A DNA stretch of 64,000 bases from Candidatus Poribacteria bacterium. GTDB lineage: Bacteria > Poribacteria > WGA-4E > WGA-3G. This document shows positions 29,934 to 38,309 of this stretch, one piece after another (within the stretch, counting starts at the first letter, position 1; each line of letters begins with the position of its first letter). The notes below the pieces were generated by a model, which was not told the DNA's origin, made no database searches, and saw nothing but the letters and a program-made list of their open reading frames with translations. The stretch covers positions 1,536,001-1,600,000 of the forward strand of contig OZ251518.1 in assembly GCA_965242965.1 (NCBI GenBank), written 5' to 3'. Position numbers and translations under genes: made by a program.

Positions 29934-30167
29934 TCAAACCTTGATTGACACGTCCATGTTCTCCAAGTTGAGTTCCTCAGTCACCGGCTTTTCTGCCTCC
30001 TGCAGAATGCGCACGGCTTCGCTGAAAACATCGGCGACTTGGAAGAAATCGTTGGCATCCATGGCGATGTCCAAGGTGCGGTAGCGGAAATGGATGTGCC
30101 CTTCAAGACATTGATAAATGGCACACACATCGCCTTGCGATAAGAATTCGGTTCTATAACGACTCAT
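29934..30167 (-). CDS. Small hypothetical protein with C-x3-C-x2-GHIH motif
   Basis: GGAGG RBS, 77 aa, co-oriented inside the heme operon. Confidence 0.75.
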   Translation of the reverse strand: MSRYRTEFLSQGDVCAIYQCLEGHIHFRYRTLDIAMDANDFFQVADVFSEAVRILQEAEKPVTEELNLENMDVSIKV

Positions 30168-30199
30168 TTCAAACCTCCCATAATTTCGGGGGTAGTAGC

Positions 30200-30835
30200 C
30201 TACTGGCGGTGTTTAATCGCCGCCCACGTCGTTGTTGCCTTTTGGCGGACATCAACGCTAGTAGGTTCGGATTCTGCTTCAACGAGATTGCGGCTGCCAT
30301 CGTCTTGCAAAGCATATTCGATGCTGATGTGCGCCGCGCCCTCTTTGGCTTCGTTGTTTGCGTAATAGCCGATGAAGCGGAGTTTCGCAAAATTGCCGTC
30401 TGCTGTCTGTAAGACATAGACTTTGGGGTTCGGCAAAACCCAGTGATTCGGCGGTCCGGTATAGGTATACCATCCATCGCCTCGCGCGAACGTTGCAATC
30501 TGCTCCGTATCGGCGACATAATCGCCTTCTGGAGCCTCAAGGACATCTTCATAAGCGACATCCTTCACTGCGATTGCGCCGCCTTCGCCGGGACCGCTGG
30601 TACCGCCGTTGATGATAACCTCGGTTCGCTTGCAACCGAGGTCCCACTCCATCGCAGTCTCGGCATCGTCTACTTCGACTACCTCGCCTGCGAGGAGATT
30701 TACATACGCCCAATTGTCGCGGCTAGTCGCGTTAATCGTGAGCGTGTTTTGGTGAATTTCAGCGTGCGCGCCCAAAAGCACGCAGCTGAAAGCGAAAAGG
30801 ACAAGTGAAGTTGTGAAAAACGTGTGCCTTTTCAT
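30200..30835 (-). CDS. Secreted HmuY-like protein with C-terminal KxTTWxxIK motif
   Basis: Paralogue of 29146..29808 (WDLGCKR, NGGTSGPG, FAKLRFIGYY) with a non-lipoprotein signal peptide. Confidence 0.85.
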   Translation of the reverse strand: MKRHTFFTTSLVLFAFSCVLLGAHAEIHQNTLTINATSRDNWAYVNLLAGEVVEVDDAETAMEWDLGCKRTEVIINGGTSGPGEGGAIAVKDVAYEDVLEAPEGDYVADTEQIATFARGDGWYTYTGPPNHWVLPNPKVYVLQTADGNFAKLRFIGYYANNEAKEGAAHISIEYALQDDGSRNLVEAESEPTSVDVRQKATTTWAAIKHRQ

Positions 30836-30852
30836 CTCAAATAACTCCTTTG

Positions 30853-32763
30853 TTAGTATGATAAGGAGAGGCCGCCATAAAATGAACGGCCGACAAACGT
30901 GTAAAATGTCGGAATTTTGAAGTCGAAAATGTTATTGCACCCGAACACGGCTTTGAACGATTTGAAGAGCGTCTTGGAGACGCGGACGTTCCAAATCCAG
31001 TAACTCGGCGCGAATTCGTCCGGCTCAAGCACTTTGTCTCCATCGTCAAAAAACCCCCATTGACTTGCGTATCGCCCGCGCAGACCGGCGTGGAAACCGC
31101 TGTTGTCATGCCAATACGCTAGTTTCAGCGTGCCGCTATGCGTGGAACGGTTCAGTAACGGTAATCCGCTCGCCTTGTCCGCGCCGCGCAAGTAGGCATA
31201 CCCGACTGTCGAAGTGAAACCGCCGATTGAACCGATAACGGCTTCAACGTCAAACCCCTCCGTGAACGCCTCGCTGATGTTCTGGTATTGGAACTTACTG
31301 CCGCCCGCCGCACTTCTCCCGATGCGCTCCGCCTCAATCAGATTGCTCAGATCATTGCGATACAGGTGAATCCGCCCAAGCAGACCCTCGGCTACCTGAT
31401 ATTCCACGCCGAAATTCCAACTATGTGAGGATTCAGGCTGAAGTGCTGGATTGCCCAAGACCTGGTATCCGGAAGTAACGTTCGTGAAATCGAGATAGAG
31501 GTTCTTGAAATCGGGCGCGCGGAACCCTTGGCCATACGAAGCCCGCACCCGCAAATCGTCTGTTATCCGATACAGCGTGCTCACCTTTGGACTCAGATGC
31601 ATGCCAAATTCGGAATGATTGTCCAAACGGCCGCCTACTACAAGCGCGATGGCTGCAATGGGCCGGAACTCGTTTTGGAGAAAGAACGAATTGGTAACGA
31701 GCCCGCGCTCCCCGCTGATGATGCGTTGAGATTGCAGGTTTTCAAGGATAACCTCCCCGCCAAGACTCAGGTGATGCTTCTCCCGAAGAACCGTGTTGAA
31801 TTGGACTTCGCCTTTCCCCAAGTCTTGGATATTCAGGTTCCGGGAAGTCGTCCTGCCGGTGCTTCTGTCAAGGACGGTGGATTCGTCATCGTATCGGGTT
31901 GCGTAGAGTTTGCCTATCAACTTTGCCTGCGGGTTAAACGTGTGTGCCACGCCAAAACTGCCGCTAAAATTCTCAATGTCGCCGAGCCGGTCAAACGCGA
32001 GGGGGCCGTTTTCGCTGATACCCTCTTGGGCTTGCGTGAAGTATTGCCCGGAAAGGAGCAGCGTTGTCGCTGGCGTGAGTTGATATTCGGTGCGCGCCGA
32101 GCCGGTCCAGTTGGCGTAACCGTCAATCGTAGTGCCCAGGTCTGCAGCATCCAGATCGATGGGGTCTCGGCGGTTGCCGCTGAGTGTCAAAAGCGCGTTG
32201 AGTTTGTCGCGCTTGAATTCAACGGTGCCTCTGCCATCAAAGGTGCTGTTTTGTTCAAAGTTTTGGGATACCTGCACCGAAAAAGGCGAAGTTGCCTTGC
32301 GCGTGATAATGTTAATCACACCGCCCAGCGCGGCATTCCCGAAAAGCGATGCGGATGCACCCTTGACAATCTCAATACGCTCAACGTTTTCGATGGCGAT
32401 TCTCGCCAGATCGAGTTTACCGGCGATGCGTCCGACTTGCGGTTCACCGTCCATGAGGATGAGCACGTATTCGGAGTCAAGCCCTTGGAGTTGCACGCCA
32501 TCGCCGTGGCCGTCGCGATGGACAACGATGCCGGCTTGATGTTCAAGCACCTCTCCGATATTTTCTGCGCCTGTCTCCTCAATCTCGTCGCGCGTAATGA
32601 GCGTGGTGATAACCGGCGTATCTTTGAGGCGTTGTGCAGTCTTCGTCGCTGTGACGACAACCGGCTCGATTTCAACGGGGATATCGGTGCTGCTTGCCCA
32701 TCCCTGTCCCGTGAGTGCGAGCAAAAATAAAAGGCATTTGCAAACTTCCGGTCTGAAATTCAT
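30853..32763 (-). CDS. TonB-dependent receptor (heme/HmuR-like)
   Basis: VVVTATKT TonB box, ERIEIVKGASASLFG...GGVINIIT plug, RAPDF, GNPALQPE and a C-terminal aromatic residue. Confidence 0.92.
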   Translation of the reverse strand: MNFRPEVCKCLLFLLALTGQGWASSTDIPVEIEPVVVTATKTAQRLKDTPVITTLITRDEIEETGAENIGEVLEHQAGIVVHRDGHGDGVQLQGLDSEYVLILMDGEPQVGRIAGKLDLARIAIENVERIEIVKGASASLFGNAALGGVINIITRKATSPFSVQVSQNFEQNSTFDGRGTVEFKRDKLNALLTLSGNRRDPIDLDAADLGTTIDGYANWTGSARTEYQLTPATTLLLSGQYFTQAQEGISENGPLAFDRLGDIENFSGSFGVAHTFNPQAKLIGKLYATRYDDESTVLDRSTGRTTSRNLNIQDLGKGEVQFNTVLREKHHLSLGGEVILENLQSQRIISGERGLVTNSFFLQNEFRPIAAIALVVGGRLDNHSEFGMHLSPKVSTLYRITDDLRVRASYGQGFRAPDFKNLYLDFTNVTSGYQVLGNPALQPESSHSWNFGVEYQVAEGLLGRIHLYRNDLSNLIEAERIGRSAAGGSKFQYQNISEAFTEGFDVEAVIGSIGGFTSTVGYAYLRGADKASGLPLLNRSTHSGTLKLAYWHDNSGFHAGLRGRYASQWGFFDDGDKVLEPDEFAPSYWIWNVRVSKTLFKSFKAVFGCNNIFDFKIPTFYTFVGRSFYGGLSLSY

Positions 32764-32781
32764 AACGTTCTCCTATTAAAT

Positions 32782-33082
32782 GAGGGTGTTTCATAAATCA
32801 ATGTCTTCCCGTTAGGAGAGACCTCCCAGTCTCGATGCCCACCGTATCGGGACAAGGATGTCCCTCCTACCGGGCGCGCACCGGGCCCACCTCTGTAGTT
32901 CGGGATCGCCTGATCCCGAATAGGTCAGGATCAGGCGATCCTGACCTACAGGGGTGAGGCGGTTTGAGAGCCAAACGCATGGCGAGGGACAGGCCCTCGC
33001 CCTACGTGAAGGGGAAGCGTTTTTTTCATCGTAGCGCGGGGGCCTGTCCCCCGCGACGTTGAGCGATTTATGAAACACCCTC
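32782..33082. mobile_element. MITE-like element (both TIRs; TSD degenerate)
   Basis: GAGGGTGTTTCATAAATC...GATTTATGAAACACCCTC with flanks TATTAAAT / ATTTAGAT. Confidence 0.8.
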
Positions 33083-33344
33083 ATTTAGATTCCGAATTTC
33101 CTTGACAATTGCAAGGACAATAAGGTATCCTAATTGATGCAGAAAAGGCGAAGGGCACAGAAACGCGCTGAACAATTAAGCGCGCACAGGCCACAGCACG
33201 TCAAACGGCAGGCGCGAAACAAATCGTCCCTCCGATTTGATGTCCATTAGAAACGTGGGTAACCGTTGCTAACAATTGGCGGTTGGGAGCAGGTTTCCCG
33301 GTTTCTCGCGTCGCTTTTTCTGCTTTTTTGCCGTCCTCCTTTCC

Positions 33345-33701
33345 TCAGTGCACCTTAAAGGGCCCACCGCGCGGTTCCTCCGCGAGTTCGGGACGGGTAG
33401 AATCGAGGAACACCTCGTGGAGTTCCAGTTTGTTCGACTGGGTGAACGCCTCTTTGGGCAGCGAACCCGATTGCGCGTGCCCCTTCCGGAACGCCTCCGA
33501 GTTTACCCAGTTTTCAAAGTCTTTCCGCGATTCCCAGAGCGTGAAAACCACGTAAGGGTCACCGGTGTTGACAGGCCGCAAGACCTGGTTTGAGATAAAC
33601 CCCGGCATCCCATCAACAAGCCGCGCACGATTTCGGAACCGTTCTTCAAACGCGTCCTGATAGTCAGGCGCGACGTAAATGCGGTTTGCAACGGTTATCA
33701 T
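33345..33701 (-). CDS. IsdG/HmoA-like heme-degrading monooxygenase (ABM family)
   Basis: N-terminal Asn (VANRI), FEERF, PGF, WESRKDFENW and FRKGH. Heads the heme operon behind Fur boxes. Confidence 0.85.
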   Translation of the reverse strand: MITVANRIYVAPDYQDAFEERFRNRARLVDGMPGFISNQVLRPVNTGDPYVVFTLWESRKDFENWVNSEAFRKGHAQSGSLPKEAFTQSNKLELHEVFLDSTRPELAEEPRGGPFKVH

Positions 33702-33724
33702 AAACTTTCTCCTTTTAGGTTTAT

Positions 33725-33772
33725 GAAAATGAGTCTCATTATCATAATTAATTGAAAATGAATCTCATTATC
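33725..33772. promoter_or_regulatory. Two Fur boxes
   Basis: GAAAATGAGTCTCATTATC (33725-33743) and GAAAATGAATCTCATTATC (33754-33772), versus consensus GATAATGATAATCATTATC. Confidence 0.88.
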
Positions 33773-33827
33773 AATTAACTAACGCTGATTGAACATGTTC
33801 CCGATTCGTATTCGGGAATATGTATAT

Positions 33828-33856
33828 ATGATACCACATGTATCAAAATTTGTCAA
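33828..33856 (-). promoter_or_regulatory. Sigma70 promoter of the heme operon
   Basis: TTGACA-17 bp-TATCAT with an extended TG. Confidence 0.75.
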
Positions 33857-33891
33857 ATTTTTTCTCGAAAAATCCGCGAGAAAACGTATGC

Positions 33892-35205
33892 CTATTTCAA
33901 ATGCGTCTCCACCAATTCCCTGCCTGCTTTAAACATGTCATGGATGTGTAGGTACCGGAACAGCGAGCTCCGTCCTGTCAAATACAGATTCTTGAACTGC
34001 TCAAAATAGGCGACTAATTGTGCCACGTTTTCCTCAAAACCCACCTCAAGCACCGGATAGGCGAAAGGGAGTCTATAGGCGCGATAGTCAATAATCTCGT
34101 TTGTGGACAGCGTCGGTTCGACGTGACGTAACGCTTTCCACACCTTGGTTTTCAAGGCTTCCGTTGTTAGTGTCCACACCGCATCGTCGCGGTAGCACGG
34201 CAGTTCCAGCACGATGGCCGTCTGTCCTTCGGGTGCCATGTGCGGGCTGCGATTTTTCGGTTCATACAGACGCGTAAACGGAAACCGCACATCCGGAAAA
34301 TAGAGCGAGGCATTCGGCGAAAACGCGGCGCGTTCCAAACAAAATACGCAGACTACGAGATGCCGATATTTAATCCTATCCGCAAGCGCGCGAATTTCGG
34401 GCGGCGGTGGCGGTGCTAGGATACGGGTTGTCAGCGTCAGCGGCAACGTATTAATTACCGTGTTGGTATGGACATCTAGGTTGTCGTTGAGCACGAGGCG
34501 CGCGATTTTACCATCTCTGTGAATGATACGGCTGACCCGGTGGTTTAGTTTGATGTGTTCCGCGCCAATGAATTTGCACAACTTGTCTGAAATCATCCCG
34601 ATCCCATATTTCGGGTAAAAGAAGGGGCCGTCCAAGTGACGCGGATGCCTGTCTTTGAACAGGAGGAAACTCCGTAAATCCAACCCTTTTAATCTATTTC
34701 CTGCGATAGCGGTGGAGAGATTGTGCGGTGCCTCGCCCCACAATTTTTCGGAATAGTTGAGCAGAAAGCGTTCCGCTAACGTTTTTCCGTATTGGTTAAT
34801 CGCGAATGTCGCAAAGTCGTCTGCCCGAGCGCGAGGTTTAAACGAGACGTTTTCCCATGCGATTCTGCCTAAGGTTCTCGCGTCTAGTTTCTTTGTCAAA
34901 TCGTTCAATGCGAGGGGAAACCGATAGAATTTTCCCTGAAAGAAGATTTCACTCGGCGCGTCTACGCGGAAGAGGGCATCACCGAGGAGAGCCTTAACTT
35001 CCTGAGTTGTTTGTGCGTCTTTATCGTGAAATCGGTGTGCGCCGGTGTCAAACCGGAAGTCGCCTAACCGAAGCGTGCGGCAATTCCCACCTACGTGCGC
35101 GCTTGCTTCATAGATGGAGAAATCCAACCCCCGTTTTTTGGCGTAATACCCCGTTGTCAATCCCGCCGGTCCGCCGCCCAGGATATGTATGTCAGCATTT
35201 TTCAT
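33892..35205 (-). CDS. FAD-dependent oxidoreductase (protoporphyrinogen oxidase / UDP-galactopyranose mutase-like fold)
   Basis: GGGPAG, VGGNCRT, FDTGAHRF, YSEKLWG, FFYPKYGIG, AYPV and GRSSLFRY. Confidence 0.85.
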   Translation of the reverse strand: MKNADIHILGGGPAGLTTGYYAKKRGLDFSIYEASAHVGGNCRTLRLGDFRFDTGAHRFHDKDAQTTQEVKALLGDALFRVDAPSEIFFQGKFYRFPLALNDLTKKLDARTLGRIAWENVSFKPRARADDFATFAINQYGKTLAERFLLNYSEKLWGEAPHNLSTAIAGNRLKGLDLRSFLLFKDRHPRHLDGPFFYPKYGIGMISDKLCKFIGAEHIKLNHRVSRIIHRDGKIARLVLNDNLDVHTNTVINTLPLTLTTRILAPPPPPEIRALADRIKYRHLVVCVFCLERAAFSPNASLYFPDVRFPFTRLYEPKNRSPHMAPEGQTAIVLELPCYRDDAVWTLTTEALKTKVWKALRHVEPTLSTNEIIDYRAYRLPFAYPVLEVGFEENVAQLVAYFEQFKNLYLTGRSSLFRYLHIHDMFKAGRELVETHLK

Positions 35206-35219
35206 AACGATTTTTCCTG

Positions 35220-36869
35220 TCAATACACAAATAGCGGAATTTCGGGCCACATCCGATTCACATACGGATTGTGATAAAACAGCTTTTCTGTCTTGGGCGA
35301 GCGGTTCGGCAGAGGGCTGCCAATGACAACAAATTCGGTTTCCAATGCGTTAAGTTGCTCGAGGTCTGCTGCACTTTTAATCGGTATATAGACGGCTTCT
35401 ACCCCTTGCGAAGCGAGGTAGTATTTGATTAGCGGCACAGAGACAATGTGCAGTTTCTCGTTCTGCTGCGCGCGCAGATATTGTTGCACCTGCGCGATGG
35501 CTGTCGGTTTCGTGTGCTGCACGACGAGCGTGAGCGTCACGTAACTATAACAGAGACTAAAGACGATAAGGCATCCGCAAGCAAGTTGAGACAGAAATCC
35601 GCTTTTGCTCTTTTGCGGGACAATGCGGCTGCAAGCGATGGCAATACCGAGCCCTAAAAAGGGTAACATTGGTAAAACGTGCCGACTTTTATGGATAACG
35701 TTCTGCCCCAAAAATATCCACGCGACGTAAAGGACACACCCGACAAAAATAGGATGTTTGAACGCGCCGGTAAGGCGAAACTTGCTGCCCGAGCACCAAT
35801 TGGCGGTAATAATTCCGCATAAGGCAATCGTAGCGCAGCCGGTTATGAGATGTCGGCCCTGCCAATAAAGTCCAAATCCGTCTGCCCACACGCTCTCAAA
35901 AAGTTTTGTTACCCGCATCCACGCGCTCGGATGAGTGGCAATCGTCCCGCCGAAGTCTGAAAAATGCCCGGAGCTCTGTGTTCGCGCAGCGGCGACAAGC
36001 GCGTCCCATCCTGTGATGCTAATCAGCGGAATGAGCCAAACGCCGGTGCCGACAGCGGATGCTACTATCAGTAGCAGTGCCCTTCCGCTCGCGATGCCCT
36101 TAATGCCGCCAGCCTGCCACAACTGTATCAACAGCGCAGGTAGCAATATCGGCAGATACGAGAGCCGCACGCCGAGCAAAATCCCCGCGAGAAAAAATCC
36201 GATGTAGGCACGACGCGAGGTTGCAAGAAAATAGAGACTTGCTAGCATGAACGCAACTCCCATTGCGTCGGGCATGTAGCGGTTGCTCATCAGCCAGAGG
36301 AGCGGATTCATGCATATCACGAAAACCGTTGCAATTCCAACCGGTGTATTCACTCGGATTCCCGCGATTTTGAGCAGCCAATAGCACGTGAAAAAAGTCG
36401 ATAAACCTCCTATCAACGAAAATGCCACAGCATAGCGGCCTGTAACGGCGTAGAGCAATTTGGCGATAAAACAGAAAACCGGATACGCTGGAAAGTGCGG
36501 TTGCAACTTGGCGACATCGTAATCTACCATGCTCAGCGCAAAACGGAGACTATCTAAATCCTCTATGTAATAGATAGTGCTGAGCAGACGAGAACCGATG
36601 CAAATAAGAAGGACGACAGCCCACAGTTTTTTTGTCGTTCCTAGCGGTTGTTCACGTGCGTTTGGACGGGTGACGTTTGTCTTGTCAGGCCGACTTGACG
36701 TTGTCAAGTCTCGCAATCCTTGGAGAAAGGAGGGAAGAAAAGACAACGTCTTTTCGGCCTGATGAGTCAACGGTATCCTCTTTTTTGTTGTTCCTAGCGG
36801 TTGTTCACGTGTGTTTGGCCGTGTGACGTTTGTCTTGTCAGGCCGACTTGACGTTGTCAAGTCTTGCAA
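35220..36869 (-). CDS. Polytopic membrane protein, GT-C glycosyltransferase-like; start uncertain
   Basis: DSLRFAL...YDVAKLQPHFPAYP loop after TM1 and about 11 hydrophobic segments. The first ~80 aa derive from a duplicated segment. Confidence 0.65.
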   Translation of the reverse strand: MQDLTTSSRPDKTNVTRPNTREQPLGTTKKRIPLTHQAEKTLSFLPSFLQGLRDLTTSSRPDKTNVTRPNAREQPLGTTKKLWAVVLLICIGSRLLSTIYYIEDLDSLRFALSMVDYDVAKLQPHFPAYPVFCFIAKLLYAVTGRYAVAFSLIGGLSTFFTCYWLLKIAGIRVNTPVGIATVFVICMNPLLWLMSNRYMPDAMGVAFMLASLYFLATSRRAYIGFFLAGILLGVRLSYLPILLPALLIQLWQAGGIKGIASGRALLLIVASAVGTGVWLIPLISITGWDALVAAARTQSSGHFSDFGGTIATHPSAWMRVTKLFESVWADGFGLYWQGRHLITGCATIALCGIITANWCSGSKFRLTGAFKHPIFVGCVLYVAWIFLGQNVIHKSRHVLPMLPFLGLGIAIACSRIVPQKSKSGFLSQLACGCLIVFSLCYSYVTLTLVVQHTKPTAIAQVQQYLRAQQNEKLHIVSVPLIKYYLASQGVEAVYIPIKSAADLEQLNALETEFVVIGSPLPNRSPKTEKLFYHNPYVNRMWPEIPLFVY

Positions 36870-36872
36870 TCC
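36627..36872. repeat. ~92-bp direct repeat with 153-bp offset
   Basis: 36628-36719 versus 36781-36872, each containing the hairpin GACTTGAC-GTT-GTCAAGTC. Confidence 0.9.
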
Positions 36873-36923
36873 CTGTCGAAAGGCGGGAAGACGAAAACAA
36901 CGCCACGCGAACGACGAAAAAGT

Positions 36924-38249
36924 TTACCACCCTTCCATGTTCGCATTGGAAAAGCCGTAGGCTGCCTGCAAGACGCTCTTCGCCCGCTTGTAATCGGCTA
37001 CCTGCGTGTTATAGGCGTTGCTACCGGGCATATCATACATCGGAGAATCCCCCATGATGCCGTGCAACTCCGCCAACTGTCCGTCGTTAATCAGACGGAA
37101 TGGATTATACTGCAACGCCACCGTATACCCCTTCATTTCAGCCCAATGTTTGTTCAAGGCAGTTCGGTTTTCCTCTGCGGTGCCGAGTTTGGACATGTCG
37201 CTCAGGGTGTCGTTGATGTAGTGGACAACCGTCGCGGCGATGACTTTTTCCATGCCGTTTGCGGCGGTTTGCCGATGCGCGCTAATCTCCGCCACTGTGC
37301 CCTGGTTGGCTATCGCCGTCCGCCCTGCGAGGAAAGCCTCGAAAATCTCCTGTGTGAGATTCACACCGGAACCCCCTTTATCGCGCTTCCCCGCGTTTCG
37401 GGAGAGTCCGAAGTTGTATTCCGATTTGAAATCGATGCTGCCATCGCCGTTGGAATCGTAAGTGAAAACGTCAACCGAACCGGCGAGATGCTCATCGGTG
37501 TAGCGGGCATAATCCCTCGCGGCACCGAAGTAACCGAACGCTTCGTCCCAAGCGTGCTCCATTGCAGTATAGGCATCTGTCCCGTTGCGCGCCTCGCTAT
37601 TATCACGCTCAAGCAGCCCATTGAGATACACCCCTGTCGCTTGGTAATAAGGGACGGCACCGATAAGCACCTTGTTAATCATCTGTGTCAGATCTACGCC
37701 GTCATCGGTGGTATAAACCGCCGGGGTGCCGAGTTTATCCGCGTCTTGTGAATTGTCGGCGATAATCTTGAACCACTCACGCACCAAGTCATCCGCCGTG
37801 CGGTTGTAACCGATAGCCGGCTCATCTGAAATTTTGCCGACGAGGTTCTTCCCCGTGGAAATGGAAGAATACTTGTTTTCGAGTGGCGGCAGTGCCCCTG
37901 TCCCCGTGAGCGATGTCAAGTTCATGGCATCGTCATATTCGTAGAACTGGAGCATATCCTGCAGCGTGGCAGGACGCGCGCCATCTTTTCCAAGGCTATC
38001 GGTGAAAGTCTTCAGGTCTTGCAGCAGCAGATTGCGGACTACTTGCCCAGAATAGGCAACGCTGCTCTCACCTGCAGCAAAGCGGCTTTCAAAGACGTAA
38101 GCCTGTGGCACCGCGATGCCTTGCTGCTGTTCGACAAGTTCGTTTGCTGTCTCATCATTATCATCGTCACTCCCGCACGATGCGAGAAATATCGCGGTAA
38201 CGGCGAGTAAGACGGTTAACCACTGCAATTTGTTGGTGAAATTTAGCAT
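36924..38249 (-). CDS. DUF4856-like iron-uptake lipoprotein (imelysin-like helical fold)
   Basis: Lipobox LASC, SSVAYSGQ, TAMEHAWDEAFGYFG and HYIN...KHWAEMKG. Confidence 0.78.
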   Translation of the reverse strand: MLNFTNKLQWLTVLLAVTAIFLASCGSDDDNDETANELVEQQQGIAVPQAYVFESRFAAGESSVAYSGQVVRNLLLQDLKTFTDSLGKDGARPATLQDMLQFYEYDDAMNLTSLTGTGALPPLENKYSSISTGKNLVGKISDEPAIGYNRTADDLVREWFKIIADNSQDADKLGTPAVYTTDDGVDLTQMINKVLIGAVPYYQATGVYLNGLLERDNSEARNGTDAYTAMEHAWDEAFGYFGAARDYARYTDEHLAGSVDVFTYDSNGDGSIDFKSEYNFGLSRNAGKRDKGGSGVNLTQEIFEAFLAGRTAIANQGTVAEISAHRQTAANGMEKVIAATVVHYINDTLSDMSKLGTAEENRTALNKHWAEMKGYTVALQYNPFRLINDGQLAELHGIMGDSPMYDMPGSNAYNTQVADYKRAKSVLQAAYGFSNANMEGW

Positions 38250-38309
38250 TTTTTCTCCTATCAATGTTATCCCCTAACGGGGTTTTGCGGAAATCGCGCT
38301 TGCTAACAG

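Noticed and set aside
26779-32730. Long plus-strand ORFs opposite the heme genes (367, 257 and 400 aa)
   Set aside because: They are antisense shadows of well-supported minus-strand genes.
33892-35205. Calling the flavoprotein hemY/hemG because it borders heme genes
   Set aside because: Its motifs fit the broad glycan-associated FAD oxidoreductase group equally well, and a separate promoter with Fur boxes lies between it and the heme operon.
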